A stretch of 64,000 nt of DNA from Candidatus Xenobia bacterium (GTDB lineage: Bacteria > Acidobacteriota > Terriglobia > Acidiferrales > 2-02-FULL-67-57): contig DATLZZ010000022.1 in NCBI GenBank assembly GCA_035573715.1, forward strand, positions 3,829 through 67,828, given 5' to 3'. The translations under genes were made by a program, and so were the position numbers. Shown here piece after piece: positions 1 to 9,247 of this stretch. Position 1 is the stretch's first letter. Each line of letters begins with the position of its first letter. The notes under the pieces are model-generated. The model had not been told where the DNA came from and did no database searches. It saw only the letters and a program-made list of their open reading frames with translations.

Positions 1-353
1 GCGTTATCACCGGGCGCGTCTCGGCGGCCGTGGCGGCACGAGCGCGGGAAATGGGAATGGATTTTGTCGCCCAGAACGCTTTCGAAAAGTTGCCGTCGTT
101 CGAGCGCATCCTCAAGCAAGCCAAGCTGAAGCCCGCCGAAGTCTGCTTCATCGGTGATGACGTCACCGACCTGCCGGTGCTGAAGCGGGTCGGGCTGGCG
201 GCCTCTGTCCCCAACGGCCACGAAGAGGTTCGGCGCCGCGCGCATTACGTCACTCGGGCTCGCGGCGGCCGCGGCGCCGTCCGCGAAGTGATTGACCTCA
301 TTCTCCGCGCCCAGGGCCGCTACGACAAACTCCTGAAGCGCTTTCTTTCCTAA
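1..353 (+). CDS. kdsC: KdsC-like HAD-IIIA phosphatase (3-deoxy-D-manno-octulosonate-8-phosphate phosphatase), 5' end cut by window edge
   Basis: Frame is open to the window start. FIGDDVTDLPVL..VGL..SV.N and GGRGAVREV.DLIL resemble the KdsC C-terminal half. Confidence 0.65.
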   Translation, partial: VITGRVSAAVAARAREMGMDFVAQNAFEKLPSFERILKQAKLKPAEVCFIGDDVTDLPVLKRVGLAASVPNGHEEVRRRAHYVTRARGGRGAVREVIDLILRAQGRYDKLLKRFLS

Positions 354-357
354 CCTA

Positions 358-1728
358 ATGGCCACTCAATCCGCTCTGGCGCTGGCGCGGGAAATTCGCC
401 TGGGCGACGGTGTCGCCATCGTGGTTGGCGGAATCATCGGCTCGGGAATCTTCCTTGTCCCCAAAGATGTTTCGCAGCAGCTCGACTCGTTTGCGGGAGT
501 GCTGCTGGTCTGGATTGTCGGTGGGGCACTGAGCCTCTTCGGGGCTCTGGCGCTGGCGGAACTGGGCGCAGCCCTGCCGCGCACGGGCGGACTTTACGTT
601 TACCTGAGCGAAGCCTACGGCCGCCCGATGGGTTTTCTTTACGGTTGGGGCCAGCTCATCGCCATCAGTTCGGGCACCGTGGCGACGCTAGCGGTTGCCT
701 TCGGGCTCTATCTGTCTCGGCTGGTGCCGCTGAACGCCACCGAGCAGAAAGTTGTTGGCGTGGCTTCGGTGCTGCTGCTGACAGGAGTGAACTGCCTCGG
801 CCTGCGCCGCGGGACCTGGGTGCAGAACGTTTCCACCCTGGCCAAAGTCGGCGGGCTGGGTTTGGTGATTGTTGTCCTGCTCGCGCGCGGGCGCCCGCTG
901 GAGATGTGGTCGCAAAGCTTCTGGCCCAGCGACCCCGCCGCGGGCGGGGCAGGTGGCCTCAATCCGGCGTGGATTCCCTTCGGCGTGGCGCTGGTGGCGG
1001 TGCTGTGGGCCTACGAAGGCTGGCACATCATTACCTTCTCCGCCGGCGAGTTCAAGCGCGTGCGTCCCGACCTGGGGCGCAGCCTCGCCATCGGCACGGT
1101 CGTCATCGTGGCGATTTATCTGGCCGCGAACCTTGCCTACTATGCCGCGCTTCCCGGTGCTGAGATTGCCCAGAGTGACACCGTCGCCGCCACAGCGATG
1201 ACGCGCACTTTCGGCGCCGGCGCCGCCGGCTTCGTCTCGCTGCTCATTCTTATCTCCATCTTTGGGGCCAACAACGCCCAGATTCTCGCCACGCCACGGA
1301 TGTACTACGCGATGGCTCGCGACGGCCTCTTCTTCGAGTCGCTGGCCCGCGTGCATCCGCGCTACCACACCCCGGTCGCCGCCATCGTCACGCAGGGCGT
1401 CTGGGCTTCGCTGCTGACGTGCATCGGAAGCTTCCAGCAACTTTTTACCTACGTAGTCTTCACGCACTGGATTTTTTACGCGCTGGCGGTGGCGGGCGTG
1501 GTTGTCCTGCGCGTCAAGCGCCCTGAGCTCGAGCGCCCCTTCTGCGTCCCCGGCTACCCGCTCTTGCCGTTCCTGTTTGTGCTCTCCGCCGCGGGCCTGA
1601 CGCTGAGCGTGATTGTCGCCGACCCCTGGCGCTCCTTCGCCGGCGTCGCTGCCATCCTGACAGGCTTGCCGGCGTATGGGTTGTTCTGCCTCTTGCGCCA
1701 TCGCAAGAGGAAACCGCCCAAGGCATAG
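358..1728 (+). CDS. APC-superfamily amino acid permease
   Basis: 456 aa with about 12 hydrophobic segments. N-terminal GGIIGSGIF.VP motif and WAYEGW motif are typical of the APC family. Confidence 0.8.
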   Translation: MATQSALALAREIRLGDGVAIVVGGIIGSGIFLVPKDVSQQLDSFAGVLLVWIVGGALSLFGALALAELGAALPRTGGLYVYLSEAYGRPMGFLYGWGQLIAISSGTVATLAVAFGLYLSRLVPLNATEQKVVGVASVLLLTGVNCLGLRRGTWVQNVSTLAKVGGLGLVIVVLLARGRPLEMWSQSFWPSDPAAGGAGGLNPAWIPFGVALVAVLWAYEGWHIITFSAGEFKRVRPDLGRSLAIGTVVIVAIYLAANLAYYAALPGAEIAQSDTVAATAMTRTFGAGAAGFVSLLILISIFGANNAQILATPRMYYAMARDGLFFESLARVHPRYHTPVAAIVTQGVWASLLTCIGSFQQLFTYVVFTHWIFYALAVAGVVVLRVKRPELERPFCVPGYPLLPFLFVLSAAGLTLSVIVADPWRSFAGVAAILTGLPAYGLFCLLRHRKRKPPKA

Positions 1729-1796
1729 GAAGCAGAGGAGGAAGAGAAGGCAGAGGAAAGGTCGATCCTCTAGGTTCGAGTTCCCATCTTCCAGAA

Positions 1797-1871
1797 TGGA
1801 GCGGGAGACGGGGATCGAACCCGCGACATCCAGCTTGGGAAGCTGGCGTTCTACCGCTGAACTACTCCCGC
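1797..1871 (-). tRNA. tRNA-Gly (anticodon CCC), CCA encoded
   Basis: Reverse complement reads GCGGGAG-TA-GTTCAGCGGTAGAAC-...-CCAGC-TTCCCAA-GCTGG-...-GGGTTCGATCCCC-...-CTCCCGC-TCCA. Cloverleaf folded by hand. Confidence 0.9.
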
Positions 1872-1881
1872 TTCTCCATAA

Positions 1882-1910
1882 AGCCTAGTCGAGAACCCAC
1901 CGATGCGCAA
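1882..1910 (-). promoter_or_regulatory. Putative sigma70-type promoter for tRNA-Gly (TTGCGC-N17-TAGGCT)
   Basis: Hexamers read on the minus strand. The -10 ends about 10 nt before the mature tRNA 5' end. Confidence 0.3.
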
Positions 1911-1962
1911 GCCACAGCCGCGTATCCGAGCCATGTTGCACGATTCTCGTTGCACGAACTCT

Positions 1963-1990
1963 TTGCTGCACCGCTGGAACCTGCCATAAT
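1963..1990 (+). promoter_or_regulatory. Putative promoter (TTGCTG-N16-CATAAT) upstream of the UbiD-family gene
   Basis: Read by eye. It lies inside the long ORF version (start 1950), which supports the downstream GTG start. Confidence 0.3.
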
Positions 1991-2057
1991 GCCCGACCTT
2001 GCACCGGGTACTGCGTACTTGGTGCTAGGTACTAGGCTTTGTCCTTACGGAGGTTCA

Positions 2058-3512
2058 GTGGCCTACAGAGACTTGCGCGAGTTTCTCGAGCGGCTCGAAA
2101 AAAAAGGCGAGCTCAAGCGCATCGCCGCCGAGGTGGACTGGAAACTCGAGGTCACCGAAATCACCGACCGCACCACCAAGCGCGGCGGCCCGGCGCTGCT
2201 GTTCGAGAACATCAAGGGCTACAAGACGCCGCTGGCCATCAACCTCTTCGGCTCGCTGCGGCGGATGTGCTTGGCGCTCGAGGTCAACGACCTGAAGGAA
2301 GTGGCCGAGCGCATCACCGGCTACCTCGACTTCAAGACCCCCGAAGGCATTGTCGATAAACTGAAGATGCTGCCCAAGCTGGGTGAGCTGGGGGCGTTCT
2401 TCCCCAAGAGCGTCAAATCAGGCATCTGCCAGGAAGTCGTCAAGCGCGACAACTTCTCGCTCTTCGATTTCCCCGTCATCCAGTGCTGGCCGCAGGACGC
2501 CGGCCGCTTCATCACTTTCCCGATGGTCATCACTCGCAACCCCGAGACCGGCAAGCGCAACGTCGGCTGCTACCGTCTGCAGGTCTTCGACGACCGCACC
2601 ACCGGAATGCACTGGCAGACGCAGAAGCACGGTGCCGAGCACTTTCGCCGCCTGCGCGCCAAACTCGGCACCGGCAAGATGGAAGTCGCCGTTGCCATCG
2701 GGGCCGACCCGGCGACGGTTTTCTCTGGGGTCATCCCTGCGCCGCCGGACATCGATGAGTTCCTGCTGGCGGGCTTTCTGCGGCGTGCGCCGGTCGAGCT
2801 CGTCCGCTGCCAGACGGTGGACCTCGAAGTGCCCGCCAACGCCGAGATTGTTCTCGAAGGTTACGTTGACTTGAACGAGTTCCGCCGCGAAGGGCCCTTC
2901 GGCGACCACACCGGCTACTACTCGCTCGCCGACGACTACCCGGTCTTCCACGTCACCTGCGTCACGCATCGGCGCGACCCGGTCTATCTAACCACTATCG
3001 TCGGCCCGCCCCCGCAAGAGGACTACTTCATGGGCCACGCCATCGAGCGCATCCTGCTGCCGGTGATGCGGCTGCAGTTCCCGGAAATCATCGACGTCCA
3101 TATGCCCGCCGAAGGCATCTTCCACAACTTGATGATTGTCTCAATTCGCAAGTCTTATCCCGGCCACGCTCGCAAGATCATGAGCGGCATCTGGGGCCTG
3201 GGCCAGGCGATGTTCACCAAGGTGCTGGTGGTGGTGGACGAGGATGTCAACGTGCAGGACCCGCGCGAGGTGGCCTGGAAGGCCCTGTGTGCCATCGACC
3301 CCGAGCGCGACATCGAGTTCCACCTCGGCCCCGTCGACACCCTCGACCACGCCGCCCGCCTGCCTGACTTCGGCTCCCACATGGGTGTCGACGCCACCCG
3401 CAAGTGGCCTTCGGAGGGCTACAGCCGCGGCCCCTGGCCGGATGAAATCCGCATGGACGAGGCCACCCGCGCCCGCGTAAACGCCCTCTGGAAGCAGTTA
3501 GGCTTGGACTAG
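2058..3512 (+). CDS. UbiD-family (prenylated-FMN dependent) aromatic acid decarboxylase
   Basis: Strong family resemblance throughout (YRDLREFL..LEK.GEL, GPFGDHTGYY). GTG at 2058 is preceded by GGAGG. The ORF track start at 1950 is the alternative. Confidence 0.85.
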   Translation: MAYRDLREFLERLEKKGELKRIAAEVDWKLEVTEITDRTTKRGGPALLFENIKGYKTPLAINLFGSLRRMCLALEVNDLKEVAERITGYLDFKTPEGIVDKLKMLPKLGELGAFFPKSVKSGICQEVVKRDNFSLFDFPVIQCWPQDAGRFITFPMVITRNPETGKRNVGCYRLQVFDDRTTGMHWQTQKHGAEHFRRLRAKLGTGKMEVAVAIGADPATVFSGVIPAPPDIDEFLLAGFLRRAPVELVRCQTVDLEVPANAEIVLEGYVDLNEFRREGPFGDHTGYYSLADDYPVFHVTCVTHRRDPVYLTTIVGPPPQEDYFMGHAIERILLPVMRLQFPEIIDVHMPAEGIFHNLMIVSIRKSYPGHARKIMSGIWGLGQAMFTKVLVVVDEDVNVQDPREVAWKALCAIDPERDIEFHLGPVDTLDHAARLPDFGSHMGVDATRKWPSEGYSRGPWPDEIRMDEATRARVNALWKQLGLD

Positions 3513-3587
3513 TCCCGTTCCAACTCGGGTCGCCAGGCTGCTCTGGAAGGGCTCTGCCGGGCGCTACCGGAGTTGGGACGGGACTAG
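3509..3587. repeat. Palindromic intergenic element E1 (18-bp arms with one G-U pair, about 43-nt interior) overlapping the UbiD-family stop codon
   Basis: 3509-3526 pairs with 3570-3587. Both arms begin CTAG-TCCCGT(T/C)CCAACTC when read inward. Homologous to the element at 48106-48179. Confidence 0.6.
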
Positions 3588-3645
3588 CCGTGCGGGAGAA
3601 AATACAAGCTCTGCGGAAGAAAACCGAACCCAGCAAAAATTTCTC

Positions 3646-3674
3646 TTGACAACCTTCCGGCTTCTTTGCACACT
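3646..3674 (+). promoter_or_regulatory. Putative promoter (TTGACA-N17-CACACT) upstream of the HTH-pil operon
   Basis: Perfect -35 hexamer but a weak -10 that keeps only A2 and T6. Confidence 0.3.
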
Positions 3675-3765
3675 ACCCGCCGATTAGAGGTTTGGCTGCC
3701 TTCCCTTTGGAAGTGGGGTTCACCGCGTGCGCCGGCGGCGAAGTCGGCGGGACGAAGGGGAACAA

Positions 3766-3969
3766 ATGTCGTCCCCCAGGGAAGTAATGAATGTCAAAGA
3801 GGCGTCTGACTACCTGGGTATCTCACCCGATACCCTCTACCGCTACGTGTACCAGGACCGCATCCCGGCCTTCAAGCTGGGCAACCGGTGGAAGTTCAAA
3901 AAAACTATTCTCGACAAATGGATTGAGCGTAAGATTAGCCGGGGTAAAAACCGGCAGCGCATGAGGTAA
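3766..3969 (+). CDS. Excisionase-family helix-turn-helix DNA-binding protein
   Basis: MNVKEASDYLGISPDTLYRYV..DRIPAFKLGNRWKF...LDKWI matches the HTH_17/excisionase pattern. ATG at 3766 follows GAAGGGGAA. Stop lies 3 nt before pilM. Confidence 0.7.
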   Translation: MSSPREVMNVKEASDYLGISPDTLYRYVYQDRIPAFKLGNRWKFKKTILDKWIERKISRGKNRQRMR

Positions 3970-3972
3970 CCG

Positions 3973-5046
3973 ATGGCTCTGTTCGGTCCAAAAAGCAAAC
4001 CAGTCGTAGGGCTCGACATCGGGTCGAGCGCGGCCAAGGCCGTTGAGCTGAAGAAAACCAAGGGCGGGTACGAGCTGCAGAGCCTGGACCTCGAGCCGCT
4101 CTCGCCCGAGGCGGTGGCCGACGGTGCCATCACCGACTCGCTCGCCGTCTCCTCCGCCATTGAGGCCCTGTTCACCCGCAACAAGATCAAGACCACCAAC
4201 GTGGCCATTTCCGTCTCCGGCCCGCCGGTCATCACCAAGCGCATCACCATGGGGATGATGGAGGCCGACGAGCTCTACGATCAGATTCGCCACGACGCCG
4301 GCCAGTACATTCCCTTCGATCTGGCCGACGTCAACCTCGACTACCAGGTGCTCGGCACCACGCCGATGGGCGACCAGCAGGAGGTTCTGCTGGTCGGCGT
4401 CAAGAAGGCCAAGATTGCCGACTACCAGCGCACGCTCAGCCTCGTGCCCGGCAAGAAGCTGGCGCTGGCGGTGGTAGATGTCGATGCCTTCGCTCTGCAG
4501 AACGCCTTCGAGGCCAACTACGACCCGCCGCCCGACGCCACCATTGCCCTGCTCAACATCGGTGCCAGCGTCACCAACATCAACATCGTTCGGGGCGGCG
4601 TGCCGCTGTTCATCCGCGATGTCGCCGTCGGCGGCAACCAGTACACCGACGCCCTGCAAAAGGACTTCGAGCTGAGCTGGGAGCAAGCCGAAGAAGCCAA
4701 GCGCGGGGCCAGCGTTCCCGGCGTCAACCAGGAGCAGATGGTCTCCGCCCTGCGCGGCATCTCGGAAACTTTGCTGCTGCTGGAAATCCAGAAGACGTTT
4801 GACTTCTTCCGCGCGACGGCCGGGGCCGAGCCCATCAGCCAGATTTATGTCGCCGGCGGCGCCGCCCGCACCCCCGGTCTGCTGGATCTCCTGCGCGAGG
4901 AGTTCCAGATGACCATTGAGGAGTTGAACCCGTTCCAGCGCATCAACTACAACCCCTCCCGGTTCAGCGACGATTACATTCGTGAGCGCGCCCCGCGCCT
5001 GGCGGTAAGCGTGGGGTTGGCGTTGAGGAGCTTTGACGAAGCATGA
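3973..5046 (+). CDS. pilM: Type IV pilus assembly protein PilM (actin-like ATPase fold)
   Basis: N-terminal GLDIGSS..K.VEL motif, about 350 aa, first gene of the M-N-O-P-Q order. Confidence 0.9.
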   Translation: MALFGPKSKPVVGLDIGSSAAKAVELKKTKGGYELQSLDLEPLSPEAVADGAITDSLAVSSAIEALFTRNKIKTTNVAISVSGPPVITKRITMGMMEADELYDQIRHDAGQYIPFDLADVNLDYQVLGTTPMGDQQEVLLVGVKKAKIADYQRTLSLVPGKKLALAVVDVDAFALQNAFEANYDPPPDATIALLNIGASVTNINIVRGGVPLFIRDVAVGGNQYTDALQKDFELSWEQAEEAKRGASVPGVNQEQMVSALRGISETLLLLEIQKTFDFFRATAGAEPISQIYVAGGAARTPGLLDLLREEFQMTIEELNPFQRINYNPSRFSDDYIRERAPRLAVSVGLALRSFDEA

Positions 5047-5672
5047 TCCGCATAAACCTGGCAGTAGAACGAGCACGACCCAAAGTCAAGCGCCGGGTGG
5101 CGGTTCCCGGCGCCTTCCTGTTCATTGTCGTCCTGCTAGCGCTGGTGATCGGCCTCGGGGTGCTGGCCGGCTTCTGGTACGCCTACAGCAAGCAGGAGGA
5201 AGACCTGAGGGCGCAGAAGGCGCAGTTAGAGGCCAAGCGCGCCCAGCTTGCCATGATGGAGAAACAGATCAAGGACTTCGAGGCCAAAAAGGCGGAGTTG
5301 GACGGGCGCATCAACGTCATCAACACCCTCAAGGCCAACCAGACTGGCCCGGTGCATATGCTGGAAGCGCTGGCGGATACGGTCAGCGCCACGGAGACTC
5401 TCTGGCTCACCTCCATGGTCGACAAGGGCAACGACATCGAGCTGAAGGGAATGGCGGGCTCGGTGGAAGCGGTCGCCATGTTCATCACCAATCTCAGCCG
5501 GTCCACCTACTTCAAGAACGTTGAGATCAAGGAAGCGGTGCAGAAAACCACCCGGGATGCGCCGCCGAACTTCGAGTTTACGTTGACAGTTACCTTTGCG
5601 CTGCCGCAGGCTGCTCCCGCAGCGGCCCCGGCGGCCACCACCCCGCCGGCCCCGGCCGGGCGGCAAGGCTAG
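5043..5672 (+). CDS. pilN: Type IV pilus assembly protein PilN
   Basis: MIRINL start, a single TM segment then a coiled coil. ATGA overlap with pilM. Confidence 0.85.
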   Translation: MIRINLAVERARPKVKRRVAVPGAFLFIVVLLALVIGLGVLAGFWYAYSKQEEDLRAQKAQLEAKRAQLAMMEKQIKDFEAKKAELDGRINVINTLKANQTGPVHMLEALADTVSATETLWLTSMVDKGNDIELKGMAGSVEAVAMFITNLSRSTYFKNVEIKEAVQKTTRDAPPNFEFTLTVTFALPQAAPAAAPAATTPPAPAGRQG

Positions 5673-5683
5673 GGGGAACGGTC

Positions 5684-6346
5684 ATGGCGCTCCGCGATCT
5701 TCCGTTGGGAGTTCAGTTGGTCATCGGCTTGGTCGTCGCCTTTGCCGTGGTGGTCACTGGTTGGTTCTACGGCCCGCTGGCGGACAAGAAACTGGAAGTG
5801 GAAAACCTGCAGGCTCAGGTACAGGAGTTGCAGAGCGTCGTGGCCAAGCTGGACGATGCCACCAAGCGGCACGCCGAGCTCCAGACGCGCATCAAGGCGG
5901 CCGAAGAGCAGCTGGAGCGCACCAAGGAAGTCGTTCCCCAGGAAAAGCAGACCGATCAGTTCATCCTCATGGTGCAGAGCTCGGCCCGCACCGGCGGAAT
6001 CACGTTGCGCCGTCTGACGGCCAAGGGCACGGTCTACAAAGATTTCTACGCCGAGATGCCGTTTGAGGTTGAGCTCGACGGTCCGTACTTCAGCTTGGTC
6101 AACTTCTTCCGGCAGCTCGGGCAGTCGAGCCGCATCATCAATGCCGGCGGGCTCAAACTGGATGGGGTCGATCCCACCAAGCGCACTCAACGCGAAATGG
6201 CCCCGGGAACTACGGTGGCCGGAACCTGCGTAGTAACTACGTTCTTTACCCCTTCTCAGGCGGAGTTGGCGGCGGCGGCACCAGCCCGCCCGGGAGCCGG
6301 GGCAGCGCCGGGGCGGCCGGGTGCGGCGCAGCCGCCGCGGAGGTAG
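5684..6346 (+). CDS. pilO: Type IV pilus assembly protein PilO
   Basis: TM segment, coiled coil, then a PilO-like C-terminal domain. Position in the operon fits. Confidence 0.8.
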   Translation: MALRDLPLGVQLVIGLVVAFAVVVTGWFYGPLADKKLEVENLQAQVQELQSVVAKLDDATKRHAELQTRIKAAEEQLERTKEVVPQEKQTDQFILMVQSSARTGGITLRRLTAKGTVYKDFYAEMPFEVELDGPYFSLVNFFRQLGQSSRIINAGGLKLDGVDPTKRTQREMAPGTTVAGTCVVTTFFTPSQAELAAAAPARPGAGAAPGRPGAAQPPRR

Positions 6347-6355
6347 GAGAGTCCT

Positions 6356-6835
6356 ATGGCACGGACGCATAGAATCGTCACCACCGGAATCGGACTCCTG
6401 GCGTCGGTCTTGCTTCTGAGCGTGCCGGCGACTTCGGTCGCCCAGGCCAAGCCCGCCGCCAAAGCGTCCAAGCCTGCCGCCAAGGTGGCCGCCGCTCCCA
6501 AGAAGCCGGAGCGCCGCGATCCTTTCCGCAGCTTGCTGGTTCGCCCGGGCGAGGCGGGAACGCAAGTTCTTCCTCCGGGCAAGCCCGGCCTGGTGATCGG
6601 GCAACTGGTGGTTACGGGTATCGTGGTGATGCCGGGAGATTCGGTGGCGGTGGTCAGCATGCCGGGCCGCAATCGCGCCTACTTCCTCCGCGAGCGCGAT
6701 GAGCTCTACGACGGCTACGTGGCCCGGATCACCGAAGACAGCGTGATTTTCCGCGAGAAGTCGAAAGACGCCTACGGGCGACCGTACGAAAAAGAAGTTG
6801 TGAAGCAACTCTCTGCTTCAGGAGCAAAACGATGA
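6356..6835 (+). CDS. pilP: PilP-like pilus assembly lipoprotein
   Basis: Signal sequence, RDPF motif and a C-terminal beta domain (Y.V..GD.L.DG.V..I). Lies between pilO and pilQ. Confidence 0.7.
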   Translation: MARTHRIVTTGIGLLASVLLLSVPATSVAQAKPAAKASKPAAKVAAAPKKPERRDPFRSLLVRPGEAGTQVLPPGKPGLVIGQLVVTGIVVMPGDSVAVVSMPGRNRAYFLRERDELYDGYVARITEDSVIFREKSKDAYGRPYEKEVVKQLSASGAKR

Positions 6836-9180
6836 TGCGCAAGCCGTTGGGCGGACTGTGCGCCGCAATCCTTCTGGTGGGGCTGGCCGCGCAGGCGGGA
6901 CTGGCCGCCACTGAAACTCAATCCACGTCGGGCGCCCCGGTGCGTCTGCTGGCAGTGAACGCCGTCGAGCAGCCCACCGGCACCGCGCTGCAGGTTCAGG
7001 CCTCTGGGCCCTTCCGCTACGCCTCCTATCAGCCACGCGCTCAGAGCGTGGTGGTGGATCTCACGGGCGTAGTGTCGGAGCGCGGCCCGGCCCTGCCCGT
7101 GGCCAGCATCTCCTGGCTGGGCGGCTACCGGCTCCTCCCCTTCCGCAATGCCGGGGGAGAAGACGTGCTGCGGATGGACCTCACTCTGAAGCACGACTGC
7201 ACCATTGACGTGTCTCAGACCACGGCCGACACGCTCACCCTGAGCTGCTCCTCGGCGGCCGCTTCCGCCGAACCCGCGGCCACCGTCTCTGAGCCCGCCG
7301 GCGCTCCGGCGACGACTCCGGCGGCTTCTGCGCCCGCGTTGGCGTCTGAGGAACCGGTGCTGGTCGAGAAAGTCTCGGTGCGTCCGCAGCAGGGCGCGCT
7401 TCGCGTGGATATCGAAGCCAGCGGTCCGCTCGCCTATGAGACCCGCATTCTTTCCGATCCCACTCGCCTGGTGATCGACCTGCCGCAGAGCGTCCTGGCC
7501 ACCCGCCAGCGCGCTGTGTCGGTGAATCACACTCTGGTAACGGGCCTGCGCATGGCCCAGTTCCAGGCTGAGCCGCCGGTTACGCGCGTGGTTGTGGACC
7601 TCAAGGACATGCTGCCCTACCAGATTGACGCGACGCCGGGAGGGTTGCGCCTCATGCTGGGCGCTTCCGCGGGCGCCACCACCCTGCCGACGGCTCCGGA
7701 GAAAGCTCCCACCGAGCGCGAGCCGGCCAGCCCGGAACCGGTGATGGTGGCTTCGCTGGCCCCGACCGTCCCCGCCAGCGTCAAGCCGTTGGCGTCAAGC
7801 TCAACGCCGGCTGAGACGGCTCCCAAGACGACGCTGGTGGCCTCGGCTCCGGCGCCCGCCTCGCCGGCTCCAGCGCCGCCTCCGGCGCAAGCCCAAGCCG
7901 TGCCGACGGCGCCACCGACCGCGCAGCCCACGCGGAAGTATTCGGGCGAGCCGATTTCGGTCAACCTGAAGGACGTTGACCTGAAGGACTTCTTCCGCCT
8001 GATTCACGAAATCAGCGGGCTCAACATAATCGTCGACCCGAACGTCAGCGGCACCGTCACCATGGTGCTGATCGACGTGCCGTGGGATCAGGCTCTCGAC
8101 ATCGTACTGAAGAACAACAACCTGGGAAGCACGCTGGAGGGCAACGTCCTGCGCATCGCCACGCTCAAGACCCTGACGCAAGAGCAGGAAGCCCAGCGCG
8201 ACCTGGCCAAAGCGCGGGCCGAAGCGGTCGATCCGGTTACTGTGCCGCGCACGTTGAGCTATGCCAAGGCGGCCGATCTCGAAACCGTGCTGAAGCGCTT
8301 CCTCTCCTCCCGCGGCGAGATTATCCGCGACGAGCGCACTAACACCCTGATCATCCGCGACATCCCCAGCGTCATTCCGGACATTGACAACCTCATCAAG
8401 CAACTCGATCGCAAGTCGCTCCAGGTCGAGATCGAGGCGCGCGTGGTCAGCGCCAGCCGCGCCTTCAGCCGCGAGATCGGCTCGCAGTTGGCCACGGCTT
8501 TCAGCACCACCGGCGGGCGCAGCGTCTATGGCGGCGCGCTCGGACCCAGCCCGGTCGAAGGCGGCGCACCACCGCCGCCGCTGGTGTCTTCGGGCGGGAA
8601 CTCCTTGCCGTTGGTTACCAACTTCCCGGCGGCCGCGGCGACCTCCGGCATCCTGTTCTCGCACCGCTCGCCCAACTTCGCCCTCGACGCCATCCTGACC
8701 GCCGCCGAGAGCCGCAACCTGGCCAAGGTGCTCTCCAAGCCGCGGCTGGTGACGCAGAACAACATCCGCGCCGAGGTCAAGCAGGGCACCCGCATCCCGG
8801 TTCAGACCGTGGTCAACAACACCATCTCGACCCAGTTCATCGACGTGGTGCTCAAGCTGGAGGTCAAGCCGCAGATTACCGCTGAGGGCACCGTGTTCCT
8901 CGACATCGTCATCGAGAACACGCAGATTGACCCCGGTATTCAGCGCATCAACGGCATTCCGGCGCTGGCTACCCAGCAGACTACGACCCAGGTTCTCATC
9001 GCCGACGGCGGCACGGTGGTGGTGGGCGGTGTGATGGTCACCAACAACTCCACCAACGTCGAGCAGGTGCCTTTGCTCGGCAGCGTTCCAGTCATTGGCT
9101 GGTTGTTCAAGCGGACTCGCGTCGACACCAGCACGCAGGAGCTGCTGTTCTTCATCACCCCGCGCATCCTCCCGGGATAG
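6832..9180 (+). CDS. pilQ: Type IV pilus secretin PilQ with two N-terminal AMIN domains and Pro/Ala-rich linkers
   Basis: C-terminal secretin signature (VPLLGSVPVIGWLF..., ELLFFITPRI). Two AMIN-like repeats at the N-terminus. Confidence 0.9.
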   Translation: MMRKPLGGLCAAILLVGLAAQAGLAATETQSTSGAPVRLLAVNAVEQPTGTALQVQASGPFRYASYQPRAQSVVVDLTGVVSERGPALPVASISWLGGYRLLPFRNAGGEDVLRMDLTLKHDCTIDVSQTTADTLTLSCSSAAASAEPAATVSEPAGAPATTPAASAPALASEEPVLVEKVSVRPQQGALRVDIEASGPLAYETRILSDPTRLVIDLPQSVLATRQRAVSVNHTLVTGLRMAQFQAEPPVTRVVVDLKDMLPYQIDATPGGLRLMLGASAGATTLPTAPEKAPTEREPASPEPVMVASLAPTVPASVKPLASSSTPAETAPKTTLVASAPAPASPAPAPPPAQAQAVPTAPPTAQPTRKYSGEPISVNLKDVDLKDFFRLIHEISGLNIIVDPNVSGTVTMVLIDVPWDQALDIVLKNNNLGSTLEGNVLRIATLKTLTQEQEAQRDLAKARAEAVDPVTVPRTLSYAKAADLETVLKRFLSSRGEIIRDERTNTLIIRDIPSVIPDIDNLIKQLDRKSLQVEIEARVVSASRAFSREIGSQLATAFSTTGGRSVYGGALGPSPVEGGAPPPPLVSSGGNSLPLVTNFPAAAATSGILFSHRSPNFALDAILTAAESRNLAKVLSKPRLVTQNNIRAEVKQGTRIPVQTVVNNTISTQFIDVVLKLEVKPQITAEGTVFLDIVIENTQIDPGIQRINGIPALATQQTTTQVLIADGGTVVVGGVMVTNNSTNVEQVPLLGSVPVIGWLFKRTRVDTSTQELLFFITPRILPG

Positions 9181-9201
9181 CCGGCTGAGCGCGCCAAGCT
9201 C

Positions 9202-9237
9202 GGAGGAGAGCCCTCAGCTCTCCTCCTTTTCTTTTTT
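9202..9237 (+). terminator. Rho-independent terminator after pilQ
   Basis: Perfect 10-bp stem GGAGGAGAGC/GCTCTCCTCC, 5-nt loop, followed by TTTTCTTTTTT. Confidence 0.8.
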
Positions 9238-9247
9238 GTGAATCCCG

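Noticed and set aside
1950-2057. Upstream ATG start for the UbiD-family gene
   Set aside because: The family N-terminus begins at ..YRDLREFL. The GTG at 2058 has a GGAGG RBS, and a promoter-like element lies inside the extension.
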